The position numbers were made by a program, and so were the translations under genes. From assembly GCF_009914755.1 (NCBI RefSeq), contig NC_060939.1: a stretch of DNA of 64,000 bases. One strand, written 5' to 3'. Shown piece by piece: positions 61,566 to 64,000 of the stretch. Source of the stretch: the human T2T-CHM13v2.0 reference genome, Homo sapiens. Each line of letters starts with the position of its first letter. Position 1 is the first letter of the stretch. Below the pieces are notes generated by a model, which saw only the letters and a list, made by a program, of their open reading frames with translations, ran no database searches and was not told where the DNA came from.

Positions 61566-61886
61566 CAGGAGTTCCCAATCCTCAGGCTGTGGCCTGTTGT
61601 GAACTGGGCAGCACAGCAGGAGGCGAGCAGCCAGGGAGCGTTACCACCTGAGCTCTGCCTCGTGTCAGATTGGCAGCGGCATTAGATTCTCATAGGAGTG
61701 CAAACCCTATTGTAAATTGTGCATTCAAGGGATCTAGGTTGGCACTCCTTATGAGAATCTAATGCCTGATAATCTGAGGTGGAATATTCATTGTTATTGT
61801 TTGACTCCACTCCCCTCCCGCTCCTTTCATGGAAAAATTGTCTTCCATGAAACCAGTCCCTAGTGCCAAAAAGTTGGGGACCACTG
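61566..61886. mobile_element. MER1B hAT MITE
   Basis: Terminal repeats caggagttcccaa / ttggggaccactg; core ggcattagattctcataggag. Confidence 0.88.
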
Positions 61887-62117
61887 TACTGTAGTTTCAA
61901 AAATGTTCATATTTGGCCTAAATCTATAGTCTGAGGAAGCATATCACATCTTTATCATTCATGACAAGCAGGGATGGGAGAGGAAGCAGGGATAGGAGTG
62001 GTTATGTGGGCAGCCAATAGCATAGGAAACTTAAAAGGAACCTACTTAGCCAAACATGTTTTGAGCCTTTGAGTCCCAGTGACTAAACAATGCAGATTAG
62101 GATAAAAGATTTGCTCA

Positions 62118-62446
<329 letters not shown>

Positions 62447-64000
62447 CTATCTACCTTAGCTGCCATTTCTTTATGCTTATTCGTATTATAGCATAATAAT
62501 CACATTCCCTGTGGAAATTTTCTGTATGCCTTTGTAAGGTTTTTTTCCTATGCTTCAAATGCTTCCCCCCACCCCCCCATAAACCCATTCATACTTCATG
62601 ACCCACTGTAAATATTGTTTCTTCCTTGAATCTTTCCCTGTGAGCCTCAGAATTTTGTATATACTTTTATAATAAAAAGCTCTTATCTCATTATTTCCTT
62701 ACTAGATAGACTCTGAAATTCTTGGTTGTTTGATCAGTGTATTAATTTTGGTATTCACGTTGTACCCACAAAGTTCCTGGAACATAGCTGTTAGACATTG
62801 AGTGAAAAGTCAGATATGAATGAATTTTCTAATTGATTTTATTATTGATAAAAATAAGTCTTGGTACTATCCCCATTTTTTTCCTTTGTGAATTGTTCAC
62901 ATTTCTCTTCTACCAAATTCACTGAATTAACCCTTCCCTCATTCTCTAACATACTACTTTTTGCTCTTAACCAGTTATCTTACGGAACTTTAGTTATCAC
63001 AACTGTTATGTGAAATAGGTGACATTTTTACTGTTTTGTGGTTAAGGAATTAGAGGCATAGAGGAATTAAATAACCAGCTTTTCATAGCTGGAGTTGGAA
63101 CTCAGTATTTTATATCATTAAATATACACAAACGTGTGAATGTTATTGTTGTGTGTGCTGGGTATTTTCTGTTTGCCTCTGTGGAACTCTTCTACCTTTT
63201 TCCATCCTGCTGTGCTCCAGAAGACTGACTTATACAGGCTGAGTCAATGGGCTCTGACTTGTGACTTCATTGCTGTGGCCTCTGAATCCAAATAAATGAC
63301 TAAGAGTGGAATAGAGTCAGAAGTCTACTACATACCCCATTTAAGACTTTACAGCTTACATATGTACCATCCTCAAGAAAATATCAAGCCAAAATTGCTG
63401 TTACATTTACTGTTTTCTACTCTAAGCATTTAAAAACACAAAGTTTAATAAAAAATAATTCTCGACCAAAGTAATAGAATACATATATATTATATAAAAT
63501 TTGTTCGTTATTTATGTATGAAGTTACAAACTTAGACTAGTGGTCCAAAAAGCCCAGCATTCTTCTGAAAGAAGCACCAAGAGATTCTGGAAGAATAGCA
63601 CCGTGAAACTGTTATGGAGGCACTAGATAACAAATGCTTGCTTTAAAGGGAGAAGAGCCAGTTTATTTTGCTCGGTAATGAGAAAATAGTTCTTTAGTAA
63701 AGTTCTCAGGTGAGCTTATTACTAATGCCATTTAACTTCAAATGTGAGAAAATATGTTTACTTTTTAACCTGTTCACCACTTCACCTCTTATGAAGGGGA
63801 AAACTTAGGGAGTGGGCCTCAAATTACTTGTCATTTAATTTGGAAATGTTCCTTTGAAATTTGGAAACGTATGTACATAATTTTAGTCACTGATTTGTTA
63901 CAGAATTTTTAAATGTAGTAATTACATTTCATTGGCCCTAAAAATGTTGTCTGTTTTTAATAATCATCTCTAATTGTATTGCATTAATATAATAGCTGGG

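Overview
Primate, almost certainly human, genomic DNA. It contains the 5' end of ARIH1 (Ariadne RBR E3 ubiquitin ligase 1): a CpG-island promoter at about 45.2-46.7 kb, coding exon 1 at 45903-46277 and the start of a long intron 1. From memory this is chr15q24, which the sequence alone cannot confirm. The ~45 kb upstream is mostly nested retroelements (L1PA/L1M, over 50 Alu copies across the window, MIR, L2, MaLR LTRs) and DNA-transposon fossils, plus a processed PHB1 pseudogene and a U2 snRNA 5' fragment. Nearly all ORFs in the supplied track are Alu, L1 or microsatellite artefacts. I found no new multi-gene system. The most unusual signals are: a young 200-bp templated inverted duplication (11077-11276 vs 13596-13795, 196/200 identical) inside an ancient L1; a 25-bp-stem hairpin in ARIH1 intron 1; a PHB1 retrocopy fused directly to an Alu inside a split AluJ; an unidentified poly(A)-tailed insert carrying a MIR-like segment; and a candidate poison micro-exon. 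Repeat subfamily names and boundaries were assigned by eye from remembered consensus sequences and are approximate.
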